Shown here: piece by piece, positions 11,361 to 23,179 of the stretch
How the letters are laid out: each line of letters starts with the position of its first letter
Position numbering within the stretch: the stretch's first letter is position 1
Source: Phyllobates terribilis
Lineage: Eukaryota
Direction: 5' to 3'
Assembly: GCF_046119375.1 (NCBI RefSeq)
Contig: NW_027362763.1
Span: 382,540,001-382,604,000 of the forward strand
DNA: 64,000 bases
The notes under the pieces: model-generated
Told to the model about the DNA's origin: nothing
Seen by the model: only the letters and a program-made list of their open reading frames with translations
Databases searched by the model: none
Translations under genes and position numbers: made by a program

Positions 11361-11748
11361 CTACAGGTCACTTAACCCCTTCAGGACCAGGTCTGTTCTC
11401 CTCAGTGACCGTATGACTGCGTGTGACTTGTGTTTTTCATGCCCCCGTTGTTGGATGGTGTTGCCCCTCATTAGCTGCTGTGTGGTAATGCCCCGGTCCC
11501 ATCTCCGCCTCTGTGTTCCCTGATGATCAGAGAATGTTTCCTGTGGATCCAGAAAGGTTTTCTAAACTTTGTGATCTATATAATTAACTCTTTATCTGAG
11601 AGGAGGACGGGAAACCTCTGCTGTTATGTCTTTTTTCTGGTCTTCAGTGCTTTTTACAGGTCAGGTTTCCCTTAAACAGCTGGGATCAGCGCTGCTTATA
11701 CAGGCAGATGCAGCTGCTGAGCCCGCACTTGACAGGCGCTGTGCATGT

Positions 11749-14066
11749 ATGAGGACACCATATGGCTGTGCCCGGGTGATGTCCTCATCCAGACACCTGA
11801 CCACTGCAGCCAAACTGTCTTTCATGGCTTATGTATGAGGACACCATATGGCTGTGCCCGGGTGATGTCCTCATCCAGACACCTGACCACTGCAGCCAAA
11901 CTGTCTTTCATGGCTTATGTATGAGGACACCATATGGCTGTGCCCGGGTGATGTCCTCATCCAGACACCTGACCACTGCAGCCAAACTGTCTTTCATGGC
12001 TTATGTATGAGGACACCATATGACTGTGCCCGGGCGATGTCCTCATCCAGACACCTGACGACTGCAGCCAAACTGTCTTTCATGGCTTATGTATGAGGAC
12101 ACCATATGGCTGTGCCCGGGTGATGTCCTCATCCAGACACCTGACCACTGCAGCCAAACTGTCTTTCATGGCTTATGTATGAGGACACCATATGACTGTG
12201 CCCGGGCGATGTCCTCATCCAGACACCTGACGACTGCAGCCAAACTGTCTTTCATGGCTTATGTATGAGGACACCATATGGCTGTGCCCGGGTGATGTCC
12301 TCATCCAGACACCTGACGACTGCAGCCAAACTGTCTTTCATGGCTTATGTATGAGGACACCATATGGCTGTGCCCGGGTGATGTCCTCATCCAGACACCT
12401 GACCACTGCAGCCAAACTGTCTTTCATGGCTTATGTCTGAGGACACCATATGACTGTGCCCGGGCGATGTCCACATCCAGACACCTGACCACTGCAGCCA
12501 AACTGTCTTTCATGGCTTATGTCTGAGGACACCATATGACTGTGCCCGGGCGATGTCCACATCCAGACACCTGACCACTGCAGCCAAACTGTCTTTCATG
12601 GCTTATGTCTGAGGACACCATATGACTGTGCCCGGGCGATGTCCACATCCAGACACCTGACCACTGCAGCCAAACTGTCTTTCATGGCTTATGTATGAGG
12701 ACACCATATGACTGTGCCCGGGCGATGTCCACATCCAGACACCTGACCACTGCAGCCAAACTGTCTTTCATGGCTTATGTCTGAGGACACCATATGACTG
12801 TGCCCGGGTGATGTCCTCATCCAGACACCTGACCACTGCAGCCAAACTGTCTTTCATGGCTTATGTATGAGGACACCATATGACTGTGCCCGGGCGATGT
12901 CCACATCCAGACACCTGACCACTGCAGCCAAACTGTCTTTCATGGCTTATGTCTGAGGACACCATATGACTGCCCGGGCGATGTCCACATCCAGACACCT
13001 GACGACTGCAGCCAAACTGTCTTTCATGGCTTATGTCTGAGGACACCATATGACTGCCCGGGCGATGTCCACATCCAGACACCTGACCACTGCAGCCAAA
13101 CTGTCTTTCATGGCTTATGTATGAGGACACCATATGACTGTGCCCGGGCGATGTCCACATCCAGACACCTGACCACTGCAGCCAAACTGTCTTTCATGGC
13201 TTATGTCTGAGGACACCATATGACTGTGCCCGGGCGATGTCCACATCCAGACACCTGACCACTGCAGCCAAACTGTCTTTCATGGCTTATGTATGAGGAC
13301 ACCATATGACTGTGCCCGGGCGATGTCCACATCCAGACACCTGACCACTGCAGCCAAACTGTCTTTCATGGCTTATGTATGAGGACACCATATGACTGTG
13401 CCCGGGCGATGTCCTCATCCAGACACCTGACCACTGCAGCCAAACTGTCTTTCATGGCTTATGTATGAGGACACCATATGGCTGTGCCCGGGTGATGTCC
13501 TCATCCAGACACCTGACCACTGCAGCCAAACTGTCTTTCATGGCTTATGTATGAGGACACCATATGACTGTGCCCGGGTGATGTCCACATCCAGACACCT
13601 GACCACTGCAGCCAAACTGTCTTTCATGGCTTATGTATGAGGACACCATATGACTGTGCCCGGGTGATGTCCTCATCCAGACACCTGACCACTGCAGCCA
13701 AACTGTCTTTCATGGCTTATGTATGAGGACACCATATGACTGTGCCCGGGCGATGTCCTCATCCAGACACCTGATGACTGCAGCCAAACTGTCTTTCATG
13801 GCTTATGTCTGAGGACACCATATGACTGTGCCCGGGTGATGTCCTCATCCAGACACCTGACCACTGCAGCCAAACTGTCTTTCATGGCTTATGTATGAGG
13901 ACACCATATGACTGTGCCCGGGCGATGTCCTCATCCAGACACCTGACGACTGCAGCCAAACTGTCTTTCATGGCTTATGTATGAGGACACCATATGGCTG
14001 TGCCCGGGTGATGTCCTCATCCAGACACCTGACCACTGCAGCCAAACTGTCTTTCATGGCTTATGT
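11749..14066. repeat. Tandem array of 27 copies of an 86-bp unit (two copies are 84 bp)
   Basis: Unit ATGAGGACACCATATGRCTGTGCCCGGGYGATGTCCWCATCCAGACACCTGACSACTGCAGCCAAACTGTCTTTCATGGCTTATGT. 25x86 + 2x84 = 2318 bp, which equals the span. Confidence 0.97.
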
Positions 14067-14604
14067 GTGTTAATCACTTTCTGCTTCTTGTCCGGCAGGG
14101 ACTTGCCGTGTTGAAAATGAAAAATGCCATGCCCCTGTCTGATAAGCCAGTCACAGGACGCTAGGCACTAACATTTTGGCTCATATTTCTGCTGCAACGT
14201 AAGGCAAACAGGTGGTGTAAAGATGCAGGAGCCCCTCCCGATAGATCTGGCGCATTTCCACAATCTGCACTAAGAATTAGACAGGTCTGATGAACGTTCC
14301 CCATTGTGTTATTTTGGGACCTTTTTCTTTGCATAATATTTTTTAGCTTTTTTTTTATTTAGTTTTTATCGCCAATTTTTTTTAATGGCGTATTTAACGG
14401 TTGTTTTTTCATTCTGTAACATTATATAACATGCATTTTTTTCTGACATTTTCATGTTTTATTGAGAAGTCTGCGGAAAAGAACTCCAAACCTACAACAA
14501 GCTGCATTTTGGGGGGAAAAAAAAAAAGCTAATAATGATCAAACACAACTGTAGAAAAAAACAAGGACCACACATCCAAATATTATACATTGATTTACTG
14601 CAGC

Positions 14605-14890
14605 TAAGCAACATTTACAGAACTTGACACAAGGTTCTTGGTTAACATTTTGATCAGAATGTATAAGCCCACTGCCATGTCATGGTGAACCTCTCAGTGG
14701 TCCATAACTTGTTAGTCGTAGTGTGCTCCATGGACACCGCGCAAGCAATGGGAGTGACTGAGGTGCTCTCCAGCATCCATGCTGCCAGGCAAAACCTCCG
14801 CTGCTCCCGGTCACACGTGGTAGTGGGCTTATACTTTCTGATCAAAATGTTAACTAAGAACATTGTGTTCAGTTTTGTAAATTATGCTTA
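14605..14890. mobile_element. Small fold-back (MITE-like) element
   Basis: 39-bp inverted repeats with 2 mismatches at 14634-14672 and 14823-14861, extending imperfectly outward. Confidence 0.55.
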
Positions 14891-15631
14891 GCTGCCATAG
14901 ATCAGTGTATAAGATTTGGGATCCATGTCTTTTTCTACTGATATGTTGTAACACAACCACACAACCCCACCTTCCCTCCCTCTCCTCCCCCACACACCCA
15001 CACTTTGCATATAACACTTAACTGTGCCGATGGGGGAGCCACGGGGGCTTTTCCTGGCAGTATGGGTTCTCTGGGGCACCTTGGTCACACCCTACTCTGG
15101 TGTTGATAGTTAATGCGAAGCACTATCAACCGACTGTTTTTTTTTTTTTAATTTATTTATTTATTTTTTTTTAGAAGGGGGTTAAAAATGCCCCAAAAAC
15201 ATTTTGTGAATGCAGAGCAAAAGTTATCCATGCGTAAACCTGAGTAATTTGTGACATAAGGACAAATGTGCCCAATAAATACTATCATAGAAACCTATGG
15301 GATCTGCACAGTATAGAAGAAAGTAGAATATCTGGCTGTGTAACTAGAGGTGGCCGATAGGGAGGCTGTGATCTGCATGGTATAGAGATCTAGTGAGGCC
15401 ATCGCTGGATTATTATGTTGTGTTCTGGAGACTTAGAGATATGAGGGGTGTGAGGTCGCTGCTGTAACTACTATTACAACTGATCGCTATATACATGACC
15501 TACAGATTAACATTGCTGGCTGCAAGACATGGCTATGACTATTTTTTAAGCTACACAATGAACATCTTTTAACTTGTTTTCTTTCTGAATTTGCAGGGTT
15601 GCATTGGTTAATCACACTCTTGGAGTTGAAG

Positions 15632-15782
15632 ATGCAGTTCACCAGGAATCAGAGACATCAGAGATTAACTGGAGATAGGAAGGGCGATCAATACCTGTTC
15701 AGTCTTCAGTTCTATCAGCTTCCACCAACCGAAAACATTTCTCTTACAGAGTTTGAGACCTTTGCCATTGAGAGACTTAAAC
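15632..15782 (+). CDS. PRIM2: PRIM2 first coding exon (exon starts at 15597 including 5' UTR)
   Basis: MQFTRNQRHQRLTGDRKGDQYLFSLQFYQLPPTENISLTEFETFAIERLK matches the PRIM2 N-terminus. Acceptor TTGCAG ends at 15596 and donor GTGAGT starts at 15783 (phase 1). Confidence 0.93.
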
Positions 15783-16589
15783 GTGAGTTACTTCTTGAAA
15801 TGTTTTCTTTCTAGGATGTGTTCTTTAAATGTCTTTTTATGCATGTCTACAATTAGTCATATAGCCATGTCATCATGCCCCTGTGGGTATGAGTGTCATG
15901 AATTGCACATCTCTGCCCCCCTGACAATATGCAGTCAGTCAGGTGTGCGCTCCCCCGCTTCATCAGCCCACCACACATGGCCAGGGATGCAGCGGTGACG
16001 TAGGACACAGCCAGCCATTACACAGTAAGCAGGGTGTACGCGCCCTTCCTTCATTGGCTCTCTAAATGCTGGCTGAGTCCGAAGTCATTGCTGCCCCTCT
16101 GAGCATGTGCACTGTGCCTATGAAGGATGATGTACACCCAGTTTACCGTGCATTGTCAGGGAGGCACCGATTTTCAAAGAGCCATCAGTGTCACTGCTCT
16201 TGCAGTTCATATTACTCACACCCAGGGACATGATTAGTCTGGGGAAAGCAACGCCCCCACGACTAGTCCCCCAGCAATTAGCACTGAGCCACCTCAGTTA
16301 TAACATATTTTTTTTCAGTACTTATTAGTTCTCAGGTTTTGCTGAAAGACTGCAGTTCTTCAGATAGAGCTAGTGATTAGGGTCTATGCTACTTCCTATT
16401 AGACAGTGTTTAGCAGGAATGTTATCCCATGTTACTTGTTGGGGAATGTTATTTTTGATAATTACTCATGGTTTTCTGTATGGTATGATGTGTGTCTGGG
16501 GATTGCTTGGGGCTCTTCCAATTTTCCTCCTTTCCTTCACTCAGACTATGGTAATTTCTGGATCAGATACATTTGCAATGTTTAGAGAT

Positions 16590-18110
16590 GATGACTTACT
16601 GTGCTGAGCTGGAGTGTGAGAGGGGTTAATTCCAAATTTAAAATAGCCATTGTAATAGATTTTGTTAAGAAACAAGTGCCACATATAATTTGCTTACAGA
16701 TGATGCATCTCACAGGCCAGAAGATTCTAGCCCTAAAAAGAGCCTGGATTGCTAGAGGATACCATGCAACTTATTCTACGTATTCTCGGGGAGGGGGGTC
16801 TCTGGACTTGTGACCAAATCCCTCCCACTTGCAATTACACAGGTTGCATGTGATCATTTTGGAGGGTATGTTATGGTTCACTGCACACTAGGTAACTTTT
16901 CTTAATTACAGGTTAACATTTACGTGCCATCACCTTTCAACTCTGCTTTTTCGGAATTGATTTTCCAAAAGGTTGTTTCTTTTCCGTTTATCCCTATATT
17001 ATACATGGGTGACTTTAATGGAGTTCCTGATGCAACTATAGACTACATTTGCATTCATTACTGTTGCACTTCTAGTTTGGTCCCAGTTTTTGTACTTGGG
17101 TTACACTGTTATACGATTCTCCGAGAGTTAGAATTCAAACTAATTTGGCTACATCGCAACCTTTTCCTTTGTAAAGCGGGACTAGGCAGGAGTGCCCCTT
17201 GTTTCCTCTACTGTTCGCAGTGGCCATTGAGCCATTACTCACCTTATATTCTTTTCCTGATGTGGTCCTCTTGGCGAGGTACGGTGTCAAATTCACCTTT
17301 CATATTTTCTCAGATACTTCTGAATTGCTTACCTTTAGAAATCTTCAAAGCTAGTTATGGGGTTCCTGATACCAATAAGTTACTATGCATACACCTCCAT
17401 CACGCAGTGCGTGCACAGTTTTTTAAGGCGTCAGTGTCTCTAGGAGTTTTAAAATTGGAGGTCTTGGGGACCTCTATTTACCTAAACACCTAACACCGGC
17501 ATATTCTCTTCTCCAGTCATCTGTTGTCAAGCCTTATGATAAGGCTTATATGAAATGGGTGGTGGATATACCGGACTTAACTGTGGAGGAATGAGGAGAG
17601 GTGGAAATGCATTTTATTCCTCAGTGGTGAGTGCTAGGGACTATTTGATCCAGACAAAATTTCTAAATAGAGTTTACTACATCCAGAAAGGTTGAGGAGG
17701 TTTGGGATGGCACTGGATGATTTGTGTTTTTATTGTCAAGCGGCGATAGCCTCCTTTCTGCACTCAATTTGGTCCTGTCCAAACATTCTTCCATTCTGAT
17801 CTGATCTACTACTGTTTCTTCATGAACACTTTGAATTCCCTAGGGTTTTGTCCCCTAAAGTCTGCGTTCTGGGTATTATACTGTACATGAGATTATTGAT
17901 TGGTCCTACCATAGACTGTTTTTTAGGTTTCTGTTTTTCTGTGCTAAAAAAATAATTAGAATGGCATAGAAGTCCCAGGTATGCTCCACTGGCTGCAATT
18001 AGTCAATAAATATATTCCACTATATGAAGTCCTCTATAGAAATAAGAGATGTGCTTATACATTTTGATAAGGTCTGGGGTTGGTGGTTAACAATAGCAGA
18101 CCCTGTCCAA
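16590..18110 (+). mobile_element. Degraded, internally deleted L1-clade LINE (endonuclease and 3' Cys-rich end, no RT)
   Basis: SWSVRGVNSK...ICLQ...GDFNG APE motifs at 16.6-17.05 kb. A degenerate C-terminal TKFLNRVY...C..C...H..WSCP region lies at 17.65-17.8 kb. Confidence 0.75.
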
Positions 18111-18510
18111 TAGGATTCCCAGCAGAGCCTTCGGTATCTTTAGTTCTATCCTATATCTGCATAAGTTGTTCATGGAATTTTGGGGGAGAGGGTATGGGCA
18201 TGGGGACCGGTATGAGTGTGTGTTGTATGTACTAAGTGTATGTATATGAGTCTTTAGTTGTTGTTAATTTTTAATATTTTCATTGTCTTTAAAATATGGA
18301 AAATAAAGCCTTTCAACTTTTTCCACATGGTGAATGGCACAAAAAAACAATTTGAGTTGCTGGTTTTTGTTCATTCTGCCTCCCCCAAAAATTGGAATAG
18401 AAAGCAATCAAAAAATATGTGCCCAAAAATGGTACCAATAAAAGCTCCAACTCCTCCCACAAAAAAACAAGCCCTCACATGACTGTCAGCAGAAATCTTA
18501 AAAAATTATA

Positions 18511-19657
18511 CCGTATTTTTCGGACTATAAGACGCACCTAGGTTTTAGAGAGGGAAAATAATTTTTTTATTCTAAGCAAAAAATGTAGTCATGATACACT
18601 GTTAAGGGGGAGGGGGTCTGCTGCTGACGCTGTTATAGGGGTAATGTCCCCCAATTCTGTTAATATCCACCATCCTGGTATATATGGCCCCCTCCTTCCT
18701 GTTATATGTGGCTCTTATCCCTCTTCCAGGTATGTATGGCACCCCTCCATCCCTCTTCCAGGTATGTATGGCACCCCTCCATCCCTCTTCCAGGTATGTA
18801 TGGCACCCCTCCATCCCTCTACCTGGTATGAATGGTACCTCTCATCCCTCTTCCTGGTATGCTTGGCACCCCTTATCCCTTTTCCTGGTATGATTGGCAC
18901 CCCTCATCCCTCTTCCTGGTATGATTGGCACCCATCATCCCTCTTCCTGCTGCCGCTCTACGGTCTGTGTGCCCGCTATTAAAGACCATGAATATTCACT
19001 ACAACCCATGGGAGTGGATAGTAGTGAATATTCATGGTCTTTACTTTAATAGCGGGCACACAGACCGCAGAGCGGCAACACGAGCCGCGCTGTGGCTACA
19101 GTGTGCGCGCTATTAAGGTGAGTGAATGGTCACTGCTCCCCATGCACACAGTCCCGGCGTGGGGAGCAGTGACTATACCGGCACAGGTTCTCACAGGGTG
19201 AGGGCGCATGGCAGTAACCCCATGCGCGGCTCACACAGTGAGATCCCAGTCGGCAGCAGAGCAGGACGCAGCGCTGGAGGAGAGAGGAGGTGAGCATAAT
19301 TGTTTTTCTATTTTTGTGTGCAGCGTGATGGGGATCAGGGAGTGCCAAGCATACCAGGTAGAGGGATGAGGGGGACCATACATACCAGAATGATGGCTGA
19401 AGGGTGCCATACATACCAGGATGAGGGATGAGGGGGACCATACATACCAGAATGATGGATGAAGGGGTGCCATACTTACCAGGAGCTACGCTGCAGGTAC
19501 AGTGTGCGTTCTATTAAGGAAAATGAATATTCACTGCTCCATATATATATAGATATAGATATAATATGTATGTCGGACTATAAGACGCACCCCCCCCACT
19601 TTCCTCCTCCAAAATTTTGGATGAAAAAAAGTGCTTCTTATAGTCCGAAAAACACAG
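18511..19657. mobile_element. Tc1/mariner (pogo/Tigger-like) non-autonomous element with an internal 32-bp minisatellite
   Basis: TA|CCGTATTTTTCGGACTATAAGACGCAC ... GTGCTTCTTATAGTCCGAAAAACACAG|TA. Internal CCATCCCTCTTCCAGGTATGTATGGCACCCCT-type repeats at ~18715-18940. Confidence 0.8.
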
Positions 19658-19839
19658 TATATATATTTTTTTTACTGTGTAATAGCAGGCAAACATAAAA
19701 AAAAAACAAACAAACAAAAAAAAACCCTTTATAAATATCGCTGTAACCGCACCAACCTGAAGAATAAAGTCATCTAATCACTTATACCGTACGAGGAACA
19801 GCGTAAAAAATAAATCCATGACAGCACTAACGAGAGAGG

Positions 19840-22800
19840 GGATCCGCCCTTCAAGCTAAAAAGGGTGGCGTGCCTCTGCGCCTCAGTGGTTTCCTGTCCT
19901 TGACTGGGGAGCCTCCTGGACGGCGGCAGAAAGAAGAAAAGATTCCCAGACCTGGGCCATCCGACCTCAAGCAGGACACAGTCTTGGCTGCGGCGGTTTC
20001 GGGCTCTATTGGGTCTCGTCCGTCGGACGTAGCGTGGGCTGCGGCACCGTCACAGCATGGTGGCCGGCAGCTGCGCCTCCCAGCCATGTGTCACATCGCA
20101 CCCTGATGATGCGTGCTGGGACCTTTTAACCGGATCAAGAATTCCGGGGGGGCGATAGCGGAAGAGGAGTGCGCTGGCCAGGGGCTCATATAGGTCTCAA
20201 TGGAGTCGGAGCAGCCCTCTTTAATACAGCCGCAACTGCTGCAGGAGCCAGAGCTACAACCTCAGCGTTCCCAACCGGGGACAAGCCTATGGGAGAAACG
20301 CCCTCAGGAAAAGCAGTAGCCTCGGTCAGATGGTGGCCGCTCAAGTGGAGGGCACAGGACCACGGAGTCCAGGAGTCGGCACAGCTCCAGCAGGATTGAG
20401 GATTCTGCAGTCTCGAAAGAAGAGATTTTGGACGACATTCTGCTTCCTTTTGTGGTACCCCTTTATATCCTCTGAGTGGTGAGTGATTTGTGTGAAAGTC
20501 CAGCCTGTTAATGAGGTTTTCTTTCTCTCTCTATCTCTCTGCCCTATGGTAGGAGGTACCCCAAAAAATGTGCTACTAAATCTAACCACAGAGCCTGCGC
20601 TTTGTGTGGTTAGGGGTTAGCCAGAACGTGGCATAAAAGGTTGTGTCAATCTTGTATTGACGAGACGGTTTCAGAAGAAAATGCTAATTTTTCCTCCAAT
20701 CTGAGGTCCCTCATATAACAGAGGTGTAAAACTCCTTGAGATCCCTATTCCACACATAGAACAGCACGACGCAAAAGATCTCCCACTTTGTCAGTTATGG
20801 AGTCAGATGAAGGGGTCTTGCAGGAGTCTTCCTCGGGCTCTTCCTCTTCTGAAAGTGACTCAGGAACCAGTCATTGCTTTCCACTAAATGAAGTAGATAA
20901 TCTGGTGAAAGCCGTAAGATCTACCATGGGGCTAGTTGACTGCAGGACCAAGAAATCGGTGCAACACATAATGTTTGGGATTCTAGATCAGAGAAGAAAA
21001 CGTAAAATCTTTCCCATCAATGATAGAGTGCCGTAACTCATTAACAAGGAATGGGAGAAACCGGAGAAAAAGGGTTCCCTTCATTCTGCCTTTAAGAGGA
21101 AGTACCCCTTTGAGGAGGAAGGAACGACTTCTTGGGGTAAGGCCCTCAAGTTAGATGTCGCTATATCAAAAGCCTCAAAAAAGTCTTGCCTTCCATTTGA
21201 GGGTACAGGGATGCTAAAAGACCCCCTAGATAGGAAGATCGATACTTCCCTAAAAGGCACATGGGAGTCGTCAGCCGGGGCCTTAAAGCCAGCCATAGCG
21301 GTAACGTGTACAGCCAGATCACTAATGATCTGGCTGAGTAAGCTAGAGGTTCAGCTAAAAGATAATGCCCCGAGAATCCATGTTAGCAACACTCCCGGTA
21401 ATGAAGGGAGCAGCGGCCTTCCTGTCAGACGCCTCAGCCGCTTCAGCAAGGTTAGCGGCCATATCAGCGGCATTGTCCAACTCAGGACGCAGAGACGTGT
21501 GGTTAAAATGCTGGCTAGGAGGCATGCAGGCAAAGGTGAAATTGTGTTCTCTCCCTTGTGAAGGGGAATACCTATTCGGTACAGCCCTAGACAACATCCT
21601 CGAGAACGCAGGAGATCAGAAAAAAGACTTCACAAAAACCCCCTTTTCCTCTTTCAAGCAGCCCTTTCGGAGGAAGAAGTTTAACCGAAAGATTATGTTT
21701 AGGGAACAGGACGAGTGGGATGACCGATCCAAAAAGTATAGGGGGTTTCTCTTCGGTGGTCCCTCCCAGGAGCGCAAGAGACCCCCCAAATGACTGTTTC
21801 CCAGGTGGGGGGGGGGGAGGCTCTCTCTCTTCCTTCCAGCCTGGGAAAAAATCTCCTCCAGTGTCTGGATCCTCTGCCTAATAAAATCGGGGTTGAGGCT
21901 AGAATTTCTGAAACGCCCACCAGACAAGTTTGTGATGACTGACTGCCCCATGAGTATCCCCGCGAGAACATCTGCCCTCCCCAATACCCGTCACGGTCGC
22001 ATACATAAATCATCAGGGAGGCACTCGCTCCAGAGCCCGATGCAGATTTCAAGCCGGATATTTTTCCTGGTGGAAACAAATTTCCGGTCACTGTCCGCCT
22101 CGCACATCAATGGAAAGTGCAGCGTCAAACCAGACAACTACGACAGGGAGTGGTCCCTAAAAATGTCGGTGTACGACCAGATTGTGGCCATGTGGGGTTG
22201 TCCAGAGATCGATCTTTTCGCTACCAGGCTAAACTGGAAGCTGGAAAGGTTTTGCTCTATGAACTAGAGAGAAAATCCCCAAGAGGTGAATGCTTTTCCA
22301 ATCTACTGGGACTTCCGTCTGGCATATGCCTTTCCTCAGATCTGTCTGATTCCAGCGGTACTAAGAAAGATCAGACAGGACGGAGTAAGAGTAGTTCTGA
22401 TAGCCCCCTTCTGGCCCAAGAGACCTTAGTTCTTCTGGCTGAAAAATATGTCGGTCACGGAACCCTGGATCCTTCCAGAGATTTCGGACCTTATGTCCCA
22501 GTGATCCATTTTCCATCCTCAAGTGACATGCTTGCATTTAACAGCCTGGAACTTGAGAGGTCGTTACTAGAGAGTAAAGGATTCTCTTCAAATCTGGTTT
22601 ACACCCTACTAAGCAGTAGAAAACCAATTACAACAAGAATATGCGGTAGGACCTGGAAAAATTTTGTCATCCACGGGGTCCTCTCCAGAAGGGAAGGTGC
22701 CCCTCAGAACAGTCTGAGTTCCTCCAGAAAGGGAGGGAACGGGGGCTTTCGTTTAGTACCCTAAAGATTCAGGTTTTAGCCCTGGGGGCACTTTATAACT

Positions 22801-23065
22801 ATAACCTGGCAGGGAACAGGTGGGTGTCTAGGTTCATCAAAGTGTGCGTTACAGCTAAACCTAAAACCATACTCCTGATAGCCTTAACATCAGCCTGTAG
22901 GGTGAGTGACATACAAGCCCTGTCGGGAGATTCCCCCCCCCCACATCCTCTTTACCTGGCTGCTGGAGGATAGAGTAATCTTGAAGACAGACTCGGCCTT
23001 TTTACCTAAAGTCGTGTCTAAATTTCATAGATCTCAAGAAATTTCTTTACCTTCCTTTACACCTC
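19840..23065 (+). mobile_element. DIRS1-like tyrosine-recombinase retrotransposon, degraded, RT deleted
   Basis: Gag/LAP2alpha-like frames (KDPLDRKIDTSLK...ARSL..W...RRDVWLK.W...LCSLPCEGEYLFG). ORF2 start (LRLEFLKRPP). RNase H tail (VAYINHQGGTRS, LSASHING). Methyltransferase-like motifs (WGCPEIDLFAT, LAYAFP). Recombinase N-terminus (LLESKGFS...SRKPIT, LKTDSAFLPKVVSKFH). Confidence 0.88.
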
Positions 23066-23179
23066 TGAAAAGCCGGATACCACTGAACAGAGGCCAGAGT
23101 ATCTCTGCCTCATTGTAGTGAATGGATCCCTTGGGGGTTTCATCCGAATCGCATATTTTGTAGATTTAGATGGAAACCC

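Noticed and set aside
11520-11560. Other CTGATGA motifs as possible hammerheads (also 14224, 20103, 39475)
   Set aside because: No stem II followed by GAAA and a cleavage triplet; only the 52158 site has the full architecture.
11749-14066. CRISPR-like or snoRNA-cluster reading of the 86-bp array
   Set aside because: There are no unique spacers and the context is eukaryotic. GTGATGT and CTGA resemble C and D boxes but are only ~14 nt apart, are broken in many units, and lack a consistent terminal stem.
16924-17493. 189-aa ORF
   Set aside because: Only the first ~40 aa are L1 endonuclease; the rest is read-through with no recognisable motif.
18602-19473. Several short repetitive ORFs (GMYGTP...)
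   Set aside because: Translations of the 32-bp minisatellite inside a non-autonomous transposon.
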